From the NCBI GenBank assembly GCA_017478185.1, contig JAFVEA010000009.1:5264-69263 (forward strand): a stretch of 64,000 nucleotides of DNA, read 5' to 3'. The notes beneath the pieces are model-generated. The model saw only the letters and a program-made list of their open reading frames with translations, searched no databases and had not been told where the DNA came from. Source of the stretch: Clostridia bacterium (GTDB lineage: Bacteria; Bacillota; Clostridia; Christensenellales; UBA1242). Both the position numbers and the translations under genes were made by a program. This document shows, piece after piece, positions 36,921 to 47,562 of this stretch (position 1 is the first letter of the stretch; every line of letters starts with the position of its first letter).

Positions 36921-38105
36921 TTAGTCACTTCTTTTTTTGTTTGTGTTATAATCTTCTATTGCATTTAAATAAACTTTTAAATATTGTTTTGCCACATCTT
37001 CCCAATTTCGTGAAAGCGTTTCTTTGGCACTACTTGAAACTTTTTCTAACAATTCTTTGGATGATTTTATTTGTGACAAATACTCCGCATATTTATTAGC
37101 ATCTTCACAAACACAAAAACCATTTTGTTTGTCAACTATTTCTTCACTTGAACTGCTCCCTTCCAAAACTATCGTTGGAGTTTTAAATGTTGCACTTTCT
37201 AATATTGTTAATGAATTATTATCAAACACATTGGTTAAAGTTAAAATATCTGCTCTAGCATAAATTTTTTCTAAAGTTTTGTGGTCAGCCTTTCCAAAAA
37301 ATATTACATTTGATTCTAAATCATATTTTTTAACCAAATTTTTTAAATTTAACAAATATTCTCCATCTCCAACAATAACATATTTAAAATCACTTTTGTT
37401 TTTTATTTTTGAAAGCGCTTCAAGAGTAAATTGTATGTTTTTATATTTTTCTAATCTTCCAACAAACAAAAGCATAAAATCTTTTTGACTTAAATGTAAT
37501 ATTTTTTGACCTTCTTTTCTTAATAATCCATAATTATTGTTTTTTGAATATTCTGTTGCATTTCTAATAATATTTATTTCTTCTGTTTTGCAAGGCCAAG
37601 TTTTCATATCTTTTATCATTCCTTTGCAAATAGTTATTATTTTGTTTGATTTATTCAAGCTTTTTGCTAATCTTTTTAACAAACATTTTGTAAAAGGTCT
37701 TAAAAACCACACTTGTTTATACACTTCTCTAAAATTTGTGTGAACATTTGAAACAACTGGAATATTTTTTTGTTTTGCAACTTTTATTCCAAGCCTTAAG
37801 AATATTGCGTTGCTATGTGTGTTGATAATATCAAAATCTATATTTTTTATTTGCTTCTTTGCTTTAAAAGATATTGCTGGCATCCCCGCATAAGTGTTCC
37901 AATAAACATGAAGAGCTTCAAATCTAATAACATTATACGGAAGATTTGCATCAAATTTTTTAGCGTGAACATAAGGAGCCACAACATAAACATTATGCCC
38001 AAGTTTTGTTAAAGCTGTTGCAAGTTGATGAACAACCATTTCTGTTCCTCCAATTGCGGGGAAAAAATTATCTGTAAACAAACCTATCGTCAATTTCTTA
38101 TCCAT
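36921..38105 (-). CDS. Glycosyltransferase family 4 (GT-B; glycolipid-synthase-like)
   Basis: IGLFTDNFFPAIGGTEMVVHQLATALTKLGHNV at the N-terminus and an E-x7-E region (TLTNVFDNNSLTILESATFKTP). ATG 38105 follows GAGG. Confidence 0.8.
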   Translation of the reverse strand: MDKKLTIGLFTDNFFPAIGGTEMVVHQLATALTKLGHNVYVVAPYVHAKKFDANLPYNVIRFEALHVYWNTYAGMPAISFKAKKQIKNIDFDIINTHSNAIFLRLGIKVAKQKNIPVVSNVHTNFREVYKQVWFLRPFTKCLLKRLAKSLNKSNKIITICKGMIKDMKTWPCKTEEINIIRNATEYSKNNNYGLLRKEGQKILHLSQKDFMLLFVGRLEKYKNIQFTLEALSKIKNKSDFKYVIVGDGEYLLNLKNLVKKYDLESNVIFFGKADHKTLEKIYARADILTLTNVFDNNSLTILESATFKTPTIVLEGSSSSEEIVDKQNGFCVCEDANKYAEYLSQIKSSKELLEKVSSSAKETLSRNWEDVAKQYLKVYLNAIEDYNTNKKRSD

Positions 38106-38193
38106 AGTAACCTCGTTTTTCATTATATAACAATTTATCATTTTTTGTCAAACGATATACAGCTTTCATAAACATAAGAGATTTTTTAATAAC

Positions 38194-38230
38194 AAAAAAA
38201 AGACCTTTAAAATTTAAAAGTCTTTTTATT
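38194..38230 (-). terminator. Intrinsic terminator after groEL
   Basis: Stem AGACTTTTAA/TTAAAGGTCT on the minus strand, followed by a U run. Confidence 0.65.
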
Positions 38231-38238
38231 TTTTATAT

Positions 38239-40141
<1,903 letters not shown>

Positions 40142-40266
40142 AATTTTTACCTCTTTTTTCATATTTTTTCTGTCTGCATATATATTTTATCACAAAAAAC
40201 ACAAAAGGCAAGTGATGTGCGACACATTTTTGCAAGTTTTTATTTTTTTATGCATAAAATTATTTT

Positions 40267-41025
40267 ATGAAAAACTATAAAGAAGTGTCTATAATCAAAA
40301 CAGACAGAAAAAAATTTATACTTTTGATTTCCGCTCTGTTTTCTGTTTTTCTTGGTTTTTCTCTTTTGGCATTTTTAATTGCTCCTGCCCTAAAAATCAC
40401 GCAAATTGCAAATTCGAAAGTTTTTGATGTTTCAAAAAATTATTATGTTGTTTGCGTTGATACAAAACTAACATCCCAAAAAGATGCTTTAAATGAAGCT
40501 CAAAGTTTTAAGGCAAAAGGTGGCGCTGGGGTTTTGTTTTTTGACTCCACTTATTTTATCACAATTTCATCATATTTTAAAAAAAGCGATGCCCAAAAAG
40601 TTGCTGAAAATTTAACAACTGAAGAACTCCCTTTTTGCGTTTTGGATTTTAATATTCAACTAAACTTAAAAGATTTTGAAAAAGATGAAAAACAAGAATT
40701 TTTAACTTATTTTAACTTTTGTTTAAATCTAATTGATGAACAAAAAGCCTTGGCAGAAGATTTAGACACCAATTCTATCAGCAAAATAAATGCCAATCTA
40801 AAAGTTAAAAATATGCTTTTAAAAGCGCAAAATTATAGCCACAACTTATTAAACTCAAACAATAAAAACTTGCAAAAACTTTCTAGCACTATGATAACTT
40901 TTTCAAGCATCTTGGATTACGCATCAGACGAGGACTTGCTGGATTTGGCAGTTTTGCCATATTCTTCCAGCATAAGGCAGGCTGAGATGCAATGCCTTTT
41001 AACACTGAAAAACTTTAAATTATAA
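40267..41025 (+). CDS. Membrane-anchored protein with a possible SPOR-like domain
   Basis: N-terminal TM (LLISALFSVFLGFSLLAFLIAP), then YYVVCVDTKLTSQKDALNEAQSFKAKGGAGVLFFDSTYFITISSYFKKSDAQKVAENL, which resembles a SPOR repeat. Confidence 0.4.
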   Translation: MKNYKEVSIIKTDRKKFILLISALFSVFLGFSLLAFLIAPALKITQIANSKVFDVSKNYYVVCVDTKLTSQKDALNEAQSFKAKGGAGVLFFDSTYFITISSYFKKSDAQKVAENLTTEELPFCVLDFNIQLNLKDFEKDEKQEFLTYFNFCLNLIDEQKALAEDLDTNSISKINANLKVKNMLLKAQNYSHNLLNSNNKNLQKLSSTMITFSSILDYASDEDLLDLAVLPYSSSIRQAEMQCLLTLKNFKL

Positions 41026-41060
41026 AAAACAAACCTATTTAAAAAATGGTTTGTTTTTTT
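41025..41060. terminator. Bidirectional intrinsic terminator
   Basis: CAAACC/GGTTTG stem with A and T runs. Confidence 0.65.
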
Positions 41061-41508
41061 ATTGCGTTAATTCTTTGTCTTTTTTAAGCTCTTTGACATC
41101 ATATTTTTTAATACTTTTTATGTTGTTTTTTCTAAAATTTAAATAAATTTCTGTTTTTTCTTTTTGCAAATTTTTTGGATTATTGTTATCGTTTATTTCT
41201 TTAAGAGCTTCAAGATAGTTTTTACCCACTGCTTTGACTTTGAAAAAGTCATATGCTAGTTCTCCAGTTGGATTCAACTGATATCTTTCATAAACCTTTT
41301 GGTCTTTTCCAATATGCCACCCCAAACGATTCATATAATTGTTGTTTTTCAAAAATAATAAATCCACTTTTTCTGCAAGCATCAACTCTAATGTGTGTTT
41401 ATCTATAATCCAACGCACATCATCTTTAAATTCCATTTCCATAACAAACCAGTTATTTTCCTCTTGCTTTTTTTGTTTAAAATAATTTTTAATTTTTTCA
41501 AAACTCAT
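41059..41508 (-). CDS. Hypothetical protein (149 aa)
   Basis: Start overlaps the CYTH gene stop (ATGA coupling). No recognisable motif. Confidence 0.55.
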   Translation of the reverse strand: MSFEKIKNYFKQKKQEENNWFVMEMEFKDDVRWIIDKHTLELMLAEKVDLLFLKNNNYMNRLGWHIGKDQKVYERYQLNPTGELAYDFFKVKAVGKNYLEALKEINDNNNPKNLQKEKTEIYLNFRKNNIKSIKKYDVKELKKDKELTQ

Positions 41509-41999
41509 AACTTACACTTCCTCATAATATATTCTTTGTTATGTTTTGCCATCATACTGTTTGAAACCTTGTTTGTTAGCTCTTTATCAAACCAATTTGG
41601 CAAAGCTGTTTCATAAGCCTCTTTTTCAGACTCAAATTCTATTTCAGCAAACATAAGCCCTTCATATTCTTTCTCAAAAATGTCTAGCTCAATTATCAAT
41701 TTATCTAAATAAGGAATTAAATATCTTGTTTTTACAATTTGCTTAAATTTGGGTGATGTGGCAATTTTGTCATACTCGTCTTTTGTTATTTCTTTTTCAA
41801 TCTCGTTAACGCTAATGCCTTTTCGGTCCGTTTTTATGGTGTAGATATATTTTGTTTTATTATTAGCTGTTATCTCTCTTTTTCGAATGGTTGTAAACAA
41901 GTCGCTATAAACATAGTCTTGCACAATGTGTTTGTGTTTATAGCTTTTTAAATTTAACCCATTTATATCAGTTACCAAAAACTTTCTTTCAATTTCCAT
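41505..41999 (-). CDS. CYTH-domain protein (triphosphate tunnel metalloenzyme: CyaB-type cyclase / triphosphatase family)
   Basis: N-terminal signature MEIERKFLV, plus later acidic/basic strands (LIIELDIFEKEYEGLMFAEIEFES). Confidence 0.8.
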   Translation of the reverse strand: MEIERKFLVTDINGLNLKSYKHKHIVQDYVYSDLFTTIRKREITANNKTKYIYTIKTDRKGISVNEIEKEITKDEYDKIATSPKFKQIVKTRYLIPYLDKLIIELDIFEKEYEGLMFAEIEFESEKEAYETALPNWFDKELTNKVSNSMMAKHNKEYIMRKCKL

Positions 42000-42012
42000 T
42001 TTTTAACCCTCA

Positions 42013-42654
42013 CTATAAAACTTTATGTTTTTTCACGTTAAATTTCTGTTCTTCTTTTTTGGTTGCAATTTTTGTTATATCATCACTTTTTAAAATTGTT
42101 TTGTGGCTTTCTCTAAAGTTTTTTATTATTTTTTTGGTCTTATAATCTTTTATCGTTACAAAAAGTCCTAAAATCGTGCTTAAAGCTAGGCCAATTTCAA
42201 TGATGCCAGCCAATGTGCTCCCTATTATAAATAGATATATAACAGCCAAAACAACTTGCACAACAGCACAGCTTTTAACAATAATAAGATTTCTAAAACA
42301 TAGCCCAACAAGAAGTGAAATGCATTGAAAAAGTGAAATTAACACAACCCATTCACTGAAAGTAAAAATAAAAGCAACAATATCCATAATTATAGTAAAA
42401 ACGCAAGCAATAGTTGTTATGGTTTGGTCATTATTATAATATTTCTGCAAAAAATATAACACAAACAGAAGTATCATTTCATTAACCACAAAAATCATTG
42501 CCGAATGTTTTTCTAAACACAAAAAATGCATTGAAAAACAAAAATCTGCTCCCATTAAACAAAGAGTTAGCAAAATCTTCTTTTTTTGAAGCATTGATGT
42601 GGTGTATAGAAGAACAGACCCAACATACAAAATTTGCGATAAAACAAAAAGCAT
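42013..42654 (-). CDS. Polytopic membrane protein, YgjV-like; paralog of 43754-44377
   Basis: 213 aa, about 6 TM helices and a Lys-rich tail. Its N-terminus aligns with the other copy (see 43754-44377). The family assignment is from memory of PF10688-type proteins. Confidence 0.5.
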   Translation of the reverse strand: MLFVLSQILYVGSVLLYTTSMLQKKKILLTLCLMGADFCFSMHFLCLEKHSAMIFVVNEMILLFVLYFLQKYYNNDQTITTIACVFTIIMDIVAFIFTFSEWVVLISLFQCISLLVGLCFRNLIIVKSCAVVQVVLAVIYLFIIGSTLAGIIEIGLALSTILGLFVTIKDYKTKKIIKNFRESHKTILKSDDITKIATKKEEQKFNVKKHKVL

Positions 42655-42815
42655 TTTTTATCTCCCACTTTTATTTTAACAAAAAATTTTGTTATTTGCA
42701 AAAAATTTTATGTAAAAACAATTATTTTTTAATTTTTTGTTTAAATTTTTATAAAATTTTGTTATAATAATTTTAAATAATTTTTATTTAAAAATTTTTA
42801 ACATAGAGGTGAAAA

Positions 42816-43085
42816 ATGATTCATTCGCTAGCTGGTGGGGTTTTAAGTGATAACAAGAAGTTGGATTTTGCAAAAGTTGAGATTTTGAGTGATTATTATT
42901 CTGGCACTTTTTGGTATATAAGTGAAATTCCAAACTTAAAAGTTGGCGATGTTGTGGTTGTTCCTTTTGGTCAGAATGAAATTTTTGTGAATGCAAAAGT
43001 TTTAAAGATAGACAAAAACATTTCAAGCCAAACTGCACCAATCACCATAAAAAGAGCGAAAAAGATTTTAAAGAGAATAAAATAA
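42816..43085 (+). CDS. Hypothetical protein (89 aa)
   Basis: Good SD (AGAGGTG) and a terminator at 43090-43110. No motif recognised. Confidence 0.55.
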   Translation: MIHSLAGGVLSDNKKLDFAKVEILSDYYSGTFWYISEIPNLKVGDVVVVPFGQNEIFVNAKVLKIDKNISSQTAPITIKRAKKILKRIK

Positions 43086-43289
43086 GTAGAACTTCAAAAG
43101 TTCCCTTTTTTGTTTGTTTCAACTTAAATTTAAATTACAATTTTTCTTTTTAAAATAAATTTCTAAAAAATTTGTCATAAGATTGCAAAAACTATTAACA
43201 TCATATGATATAATTAAATTATAAAATGCAAACAACCTTTTTGGCTTGCTTTTATTTTTAAATAAAAATTTCTAAAGGATAGATAATAA

Positions 43290-43631
43290 ATGAGAATGAA
43301 ATATTTTGACAAAGTTAAAGTAATAAGAAATAATGAAGAATATAATAAAGCAGGAATTTATGCTGGAGATGTTGGAATTATATGGATTGCTGAAATTAGA
43401 GATAACACATTTTTTGTTTTGTTTGATAATGATTCAGAAAATGAATGGTATAAAGAAGCTTGTATTAAAATTGAAGATTTAGAATTAGTGGAAAATGGAA
43501 ACGCAACCAATGAAGAAATTGCTGAAGACTTGCCTTCAGATGAACCTTGGTGGTGTATTGTTGAAGACGGATTTATAAAAAACCTTAAGGGTGAAAAGAA
43601 AAATAAGATTCCTTATGATTATAACTCCTAA
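43290..43631 (+). CDS. Hypothetical protein (113 aa)
   Basis: SD-like AAAGGA and a terminator at 43647-43680. No motif recognised. Confidence 0.5.
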   Translation: MRMKYFDKVKVIRNNEEYNKAGIYAGDVGIIWIAEIRDNTFFVLFDNDSENEWYKEACIKIEDLELVENGNATNEEIAEDLPSDEPWWCIVEDGFIKNLKGEKKNKIPYDYNS

Positions 43632-43646
43632 AAATAGCATATTATA

Positions 43647-43680
43647 TAAAAAATCTCAATCAAACGATTGAGATTTTTTA
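43647..43680. terminator. Bidirectional intrinsic terminator
   Basis: ATCTCAATC/GATTGAGAT stem followed by TTTTTT. Confidence 0.8.
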
Positions 43681-43753
43681 AATTTTTAAAAATTATATGA
43701 AAAATAAGTGTTTTTTGCACAAAAAGTTATCCACTTTTGCACATTTTTTGTTT

Positions 43754-44377
43754 TTATGCGCTAAAAGTTTGCTCTTTTTCATCATAAGCAATAGTTTTAA
43801 TTTTCTCTCTTTTAAGAAGGGTTGTTTTCTTGATTTCCCTAAAACTGTGAACGCATTTTTTGGTTTTGCGGTCTTTTATGCTCACAACAATCCCCACAAT
43901 AACAAAAGCGATTAAAGAAAGTTGTAATATCGCTGAAAAATAGCTGTGCAACAAAAGCAAATAAATAGAGTTACATAATATGCAATAACATAAAGTAATT
44001 TTTGAAACCAAAACATTTTTAAACATAAGGCTCACCAAAAATGCACAAGTTGAGCTAAACGGAATAAGAGTTAAAGCATCTTTCCAAGTCCAGATTAAAA
44101 CATTTATGTCTAACGCAACAAAACTTGAGCATAACAAAATTGTCCACTTGTTTTTTAGATTATACTTTTCAAAAAAATATAATGAGAACAAAACAACAAT
44201 TTCGTGCAATAGGAAAATTGATGTTCCAATCCTATCCAAAAAAACATAATTTAGAGCAAAAAAAACATTGGTTATTCCACAAGCCAAAGTGAACCAAATC
44301 TTTTTCTTTTGAAATTGAGCGCTAATATAACAAAGAACTCCAAAAGCATACATAACTTGCGCCAATATAAATGACAT
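43754..44377 (-). CDS. Polytopic membrane protein, YgjV-like; paralog of 42013-42654
   Basis: 207 aa. MSFILAQVMYAFGVLCYISAQFQKKKIWFTLACG aligns with MLFVLSQILYVGSVLLYTTSMLQKKKILLTLCLMG of the other copy. Confidence 0.5.
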   Translation of the reverse strand: MSFILAQVMYAFGVLCYISAQFQKKKIWFTLACGITNVFFALNYVFLDRIGTSIFLLHEIVVLFSLYFFEKYNLKNKWTILLCSSFVALDINVLIWTWKDALTLIPFSSTCAFLVSLMFKNVLVSKITLCYCILCNSIYLLLLHSYFSAILQLSLIAFVIVGIVVSIKDRKTKKCVHSFREIKKTTLLKREKIKTIAYDEKEQTFSA

Positions 44378-44404
44378 TTTTTGCTCCTTTTTTAATATAT
44401 TTTT

Positions 44405-44629
44405 TTATTTGTTCTGAAAAGCAGTAAGTTTTTTATAAACCTCTATTGCATCATCTTTTTTAAATCCTAAATCTGCCAAAATAGAAAAAGCGGTGTCTAT
44501 TGAAATAGATAAAAAACAATCTTCTTTGTCTAATAATTTTAAAATTATTTCCAATCTTTTTAAAGTGTTTTTATCTGTTTTTTGTTGCATTTTTTTTATG
44601 CAAATATCTTTTAGCATTTTTTCAGTCAT
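44405..44629 (-). CDS. Hypothetical protein (74 aa)
   Basis: GAGG SD, tightly packed between neighbouring genes. Confidence 0.5.
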   Translation of the reverse strand: MTEKMLKDICIKKMQQKTDKNTLKRLEIILKLLDKEDCFLSISIDTAFSILADLGFKKDDAIEVYKKLTAFQNK

Positions 44630-44652
44630 TTTTACCTCTTTTTCTACTTTTT

Positions 44653-45936
44653 TTATAAAGATTGTGGTTTTGTTTTTGATGTGGTGTTTTCTTCTTTTTG
44701 AGCATCTTCACTTTTGTTAAAAGTAACACCTTTTTCTATTAAATAATCAAAATAGTCATTAAAATCTTTGTTAGGAAAATATGTTTCTTTAATCCCTTCT
44801 AGCAATTCTTTTTTATCTTCATTTTCATATAAACTTGCTTTTTTTACAAAATTTTGATATTCCACATAATCTTTTTTATATTTTTCATCTAAAAATGGTG
44901 ACTCTATTTTGGGAATAATAAATTCTGGTCTAAAAACATGTTTAAGATGTATGTAGTCAATTTTTCCACTCATAAAATCTTTTTCTAAATCATCGTGTGA
45001 AATAGATTCTAATTTGTTTGGAGGAGTTAATTTTATGTAACTTGTGCCTTTTTCTGTTTCCAGAAAAAACATTCCAATCATATCATAACAATCTTCTTCA
45101 TTCCCTATTCTTTCTCGAAGAGAAACATATTTTGTTTTTGTTTCAGTTAAAGTTGAATCAATCGCCTTATAAAGTTTTCTCATATATTCAACTGAAGCAA
45201 AAGTGTTTAAATCAACTCTTGAAACTTGTTCAAACAAAATTTTTAACTTTTCTTGGTCAGTTAAAGCTATATCTTTGTTTTCGCCTAACTGTTTGTATAA
45301 CTTTTCTAACTGTTCTATTTTTTGTTCTGTTTCTTGATTTTTCTTTTGCTTTTTTTCTTCAATTCTTGCTTGCTCTTTAACAATTTGAAGTATTTTGTTT
45401 GCAAATTTTTTATGTTCTTCTTTTAAACCAAGATTATCCAAAATTTTTTCATCAGAAATTTTTATGCTGTTAACATCAACATAACCATAAAGAGGAATAA
45501 AACCTTTAGAAAACTCACCCTCAAATTGTTCGGTTGGAATTTTTATGTCTATATGCTTTTCCCCATAATTTGTGAGCAAAATGTTTTTGTTTGTTTGATT
45601 ATCAATTTCAGACTTTATGCCAATTTTTTCTAGCATTTTATGAAAAATAACATTAAATTCATAACAAACTATTAAATTATTTTCTGGGGTAATTTTTGAA
45701 AGCTTTGATATTTTGTTATGCTCTTTTGCAAAAGGTCCGCTTGATTCACCTGAAACCCAAAACCTTGAATCATAATCGAGTATTGAGCAAAGTTTAAAAT
45801 AAACATAAAGCATATCAGCAAACTTTTTGTCTCCTGTTTTGCTAAAATCAGGCATATCATGAAAAACAGCATCATCAAGCGCTGGGTGAATTTTTGCCAC
45901 ACTAAGAGCTTCTTTCAGCATTCTATCTTCTTCCAT
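44653..45936 (-). CDS. Hypothetical protein, possibly transglutaminase-like (papain-fold) core
   Basis: 427 aa. LIVCYEFNVIFHKMLEKIGIKS resembles the Cys-helix of transglutaminase-like proteins, with GEKHIDIKI as a possible His strand. Weak. Confidence 0.3.
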   Translation of the reverse strand: MEEDRMLKEALSVAKIHPALDDAVFHDMPDFSKTGDKKFADMLYVYFKLCSILDYDSRFWVSGESSGPFAKEHNKISKLSKITPENNLIVCYEFNVIFHKMLEKIGIKSEIDNQTNKNILLTNYGEKHIDIKIPTEQFEGEFSKGFIPLYGYVDVNSIKISDEKILDNLGLKEEHKKFANKILQIVKEQARIEEKKQKKNQETEQKIEQLEKLYKQLGENKDIALTDQEKLKILFEQVSRVDLNTFASVEYMRKLYKAIDSTLTETKTKYVSLRERIGNEEDCYDMIGMFFLETEKGTSYIKLTPPNKLESISHDDLEKDFMSGKIDYIHLKHVFRPEFIIPKIESPFLDEKYKKDYVEYQNFVKKASLYENEDKKELLEGIKETYFPNKDFNDYFDYLIEKGVTFNKSEDAQKEENTTSKTKPQSL

Positions 45937-45952
45937 ATATTTCCCTCACAAA

Positions 45953-46309
45953 TTATTCTTCGTGGTGAATGCCTGTAACAACAATGTTTGAATGCGTTCC
46001 CAACACATTTTTAATAAAAATATCGCCAATTTTATAATTATTTTTTGTTTTTTGGCTTTCTATTGCGTCCAGCACTTCAAAATATTGCTCTTTTTTAACG
46101 GGAATATCTGTTTTTAGGCTGATTGTTCCATCTTTAAAACTTTTTATGGTTGTTATGGTTCTGCGAGGCTCAGTGATTTCTTGCCTTCCATATTCTTCTC
46201 CCCTTGGGCAACTGTTGCCCACAACACTAACCTCACCTTTATCATTTTTTGTAACAACAAGGTGGCACCCAATCGGGCATCGAATGCAAGTGAGTTCTAA
46301 CTTTTTCAC
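45953..46309 (-). CDS. DUF1667-domain protein (third subunit of the anaerobic-type glycerol-3-phosphate dehydrogenase cluster)
   Basis: LTCIRCPIGCHLVV...VVGNSCPRGEEYGRQEITEPRRTITT is the DUF1667 signature. GTG start 7 nt after GGAGG. Confidence 0.85.
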   Translation of the reverse strand: MKKLELTCIRCPIGCHLVVTKNDKGEVSVVGNSCPRGEEYGRQEITEPRRTITTIKSFKDGTISLKTDIPVKKEQYFEVLDAIESQKTKNNYKIGDIFIKNVLGTHSNIVVTGIHHEE

Positions 46310-46311
46310 CC

Positions 46312-47562
46312 TTAAACCTCCATTTTTAAAATTAAATCATCTTTTAGCTTTGATTTGTTTAAAACAATTTTTTCAAGTATTCCCGCACGCACAACTGGTT
46401 TAAAAAATGTGGCAACAACTTCTCCGCCACTATAGGCATTTATTTTAACTTTTCTAAAATCTTTCGTGCTTCTAAAAGAAATGGTTACATCATCATTATT
46501 TTTATAGACATAAGTTGGAATAGTGTATCTAAAATGCTCATCAAACTGTAGCTTTATTTTTTGTTTTGTGTCTAGCTTTGATTTAGAGAATTTTGCGGAA
46601 AACTTGCCCGCATCAAGCCCCTCATAAGTTACGTTATCAACAAGGTCATTAACATGCAAAACATTTCCGCACACAAAAATTTCTGGAACACTTGTTTGCT
46701 TATATTCATTCACAGCAACACTGCCTGTTGCCCTTAATTGCTCTAAATTAAAATCATCAATAAGTTCACATTCTGGAATTAACCCAACCGACAACAAAAG
46801 CGTGTCACACTTAATTAGCTTTTGTTTTGTTAGGTCAAAAGAAAAATCTTCTTTAACTGGAGCCACCACAACTCCTGTTAACCTTTTGTTTCCAACTGTT
46901 TTAACAATGCTTGTTGAAAGATAAAGTGGAATGTTAAAATCATTTAAACACTGGCTAACATTTCGGGCCAAGCCTCCACAAGTTTTTTGAATTTCATAAA
47001 CCCCCAAAACTTTTGCGCCCTCTAGCGTCATCCTTCGTGCCATAATAAGGCCAATATCGCCTGAGCCCAAAATAACAACTTTTTTGCCCACCATTTTCCC
47101 GTGAACATTAACAATTTTTTGAGCCTCTCCTGCCGAGAATATTCCCGCCGGCCTATCCCCACAAAGATTTATTGCTGGGCCTGGCCTTTCTCGGCACCCC
47201 ATTGAAAGCACAACTGCTTTGCACAAAATTTTGGAAATTCCGCTTTCATTTTCCACAAAAATTTGCATTTTTTTTGTGCCTAATTTTTCTATTTTTATAA
47301 CAGCGCTTTTCAAAAGAATGTCAACATTGGTTTCTTTTAATTTTTCAACCCAAACATTTGCGTATTCTGGCCCTGTTAACTCTTCACCCAAATAGTGAAG
47401 CCCAAAGCCATTGTGAATGCATTGGTTTAAAATTCCACCCAAGCGATATTCTCTCTCAACAATCAAAACGCTTGCTCCATTTTGGTGGGCGCTAAAAGCT
47501 GCTGACATTCCTGCTGGACCTCCACCAATAACAACAACATCATAAGCTTTATTTTCCACCAT
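46312..47562 (-). CDS. NAD(P)/FAD-dependent oxidoreductase (pyridine nucleotide-disulfide type)
   Basis: YDVVVIGGGPAGMSAA and a second dinucleotide fold, KVVILGSGDIGLIMA. Confidence 0.85.
   Translation of the reverse strand: MVENKAYDVVVIGGGPAGMSAAFSAHQNGASVLIVEREYRLGGILNQCIHNGFGLHYLGEELTGPEYANVWVEKLKETNVDILLKSAVIKIEKLGTKKMQIFVENESGISKILCKAVVLSMGCRERPGPAINLCGDRPAGIFSAGEAQKIVNVHGKMVGKKVVILGSGDIGLIMARRMTLEGAKVLGVYEIQKTCGGLARNVSQCLNDFNIPLYLSTSIVKTVGNKRLTGVVVAPVKEDFSFDLTKQKLIKCDTLLLSVGLIPECELIDDFNLEQLRATGSVAVNEYKQTSVPEIFVCGNVLHVNDLVDNVTYEGLDAGKFSAKFSKSKLDTKQKIKLQFDEHFRYTIPTYVYKNNDDVTISFRSTKDFRKVKINAYSGGEVVATFFKPVVRAGILEKIVLNKSKLKDDLILKMEV

Noticed and set aside
43697-43915. A 72-aa plus-strand ORF overlapping the 3' end of the YgjV-like gene.
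   Set aside because: It lies antisense to a gene that has a paralog, has no SD, and has low-complexity Phe/Leu-rich composition.
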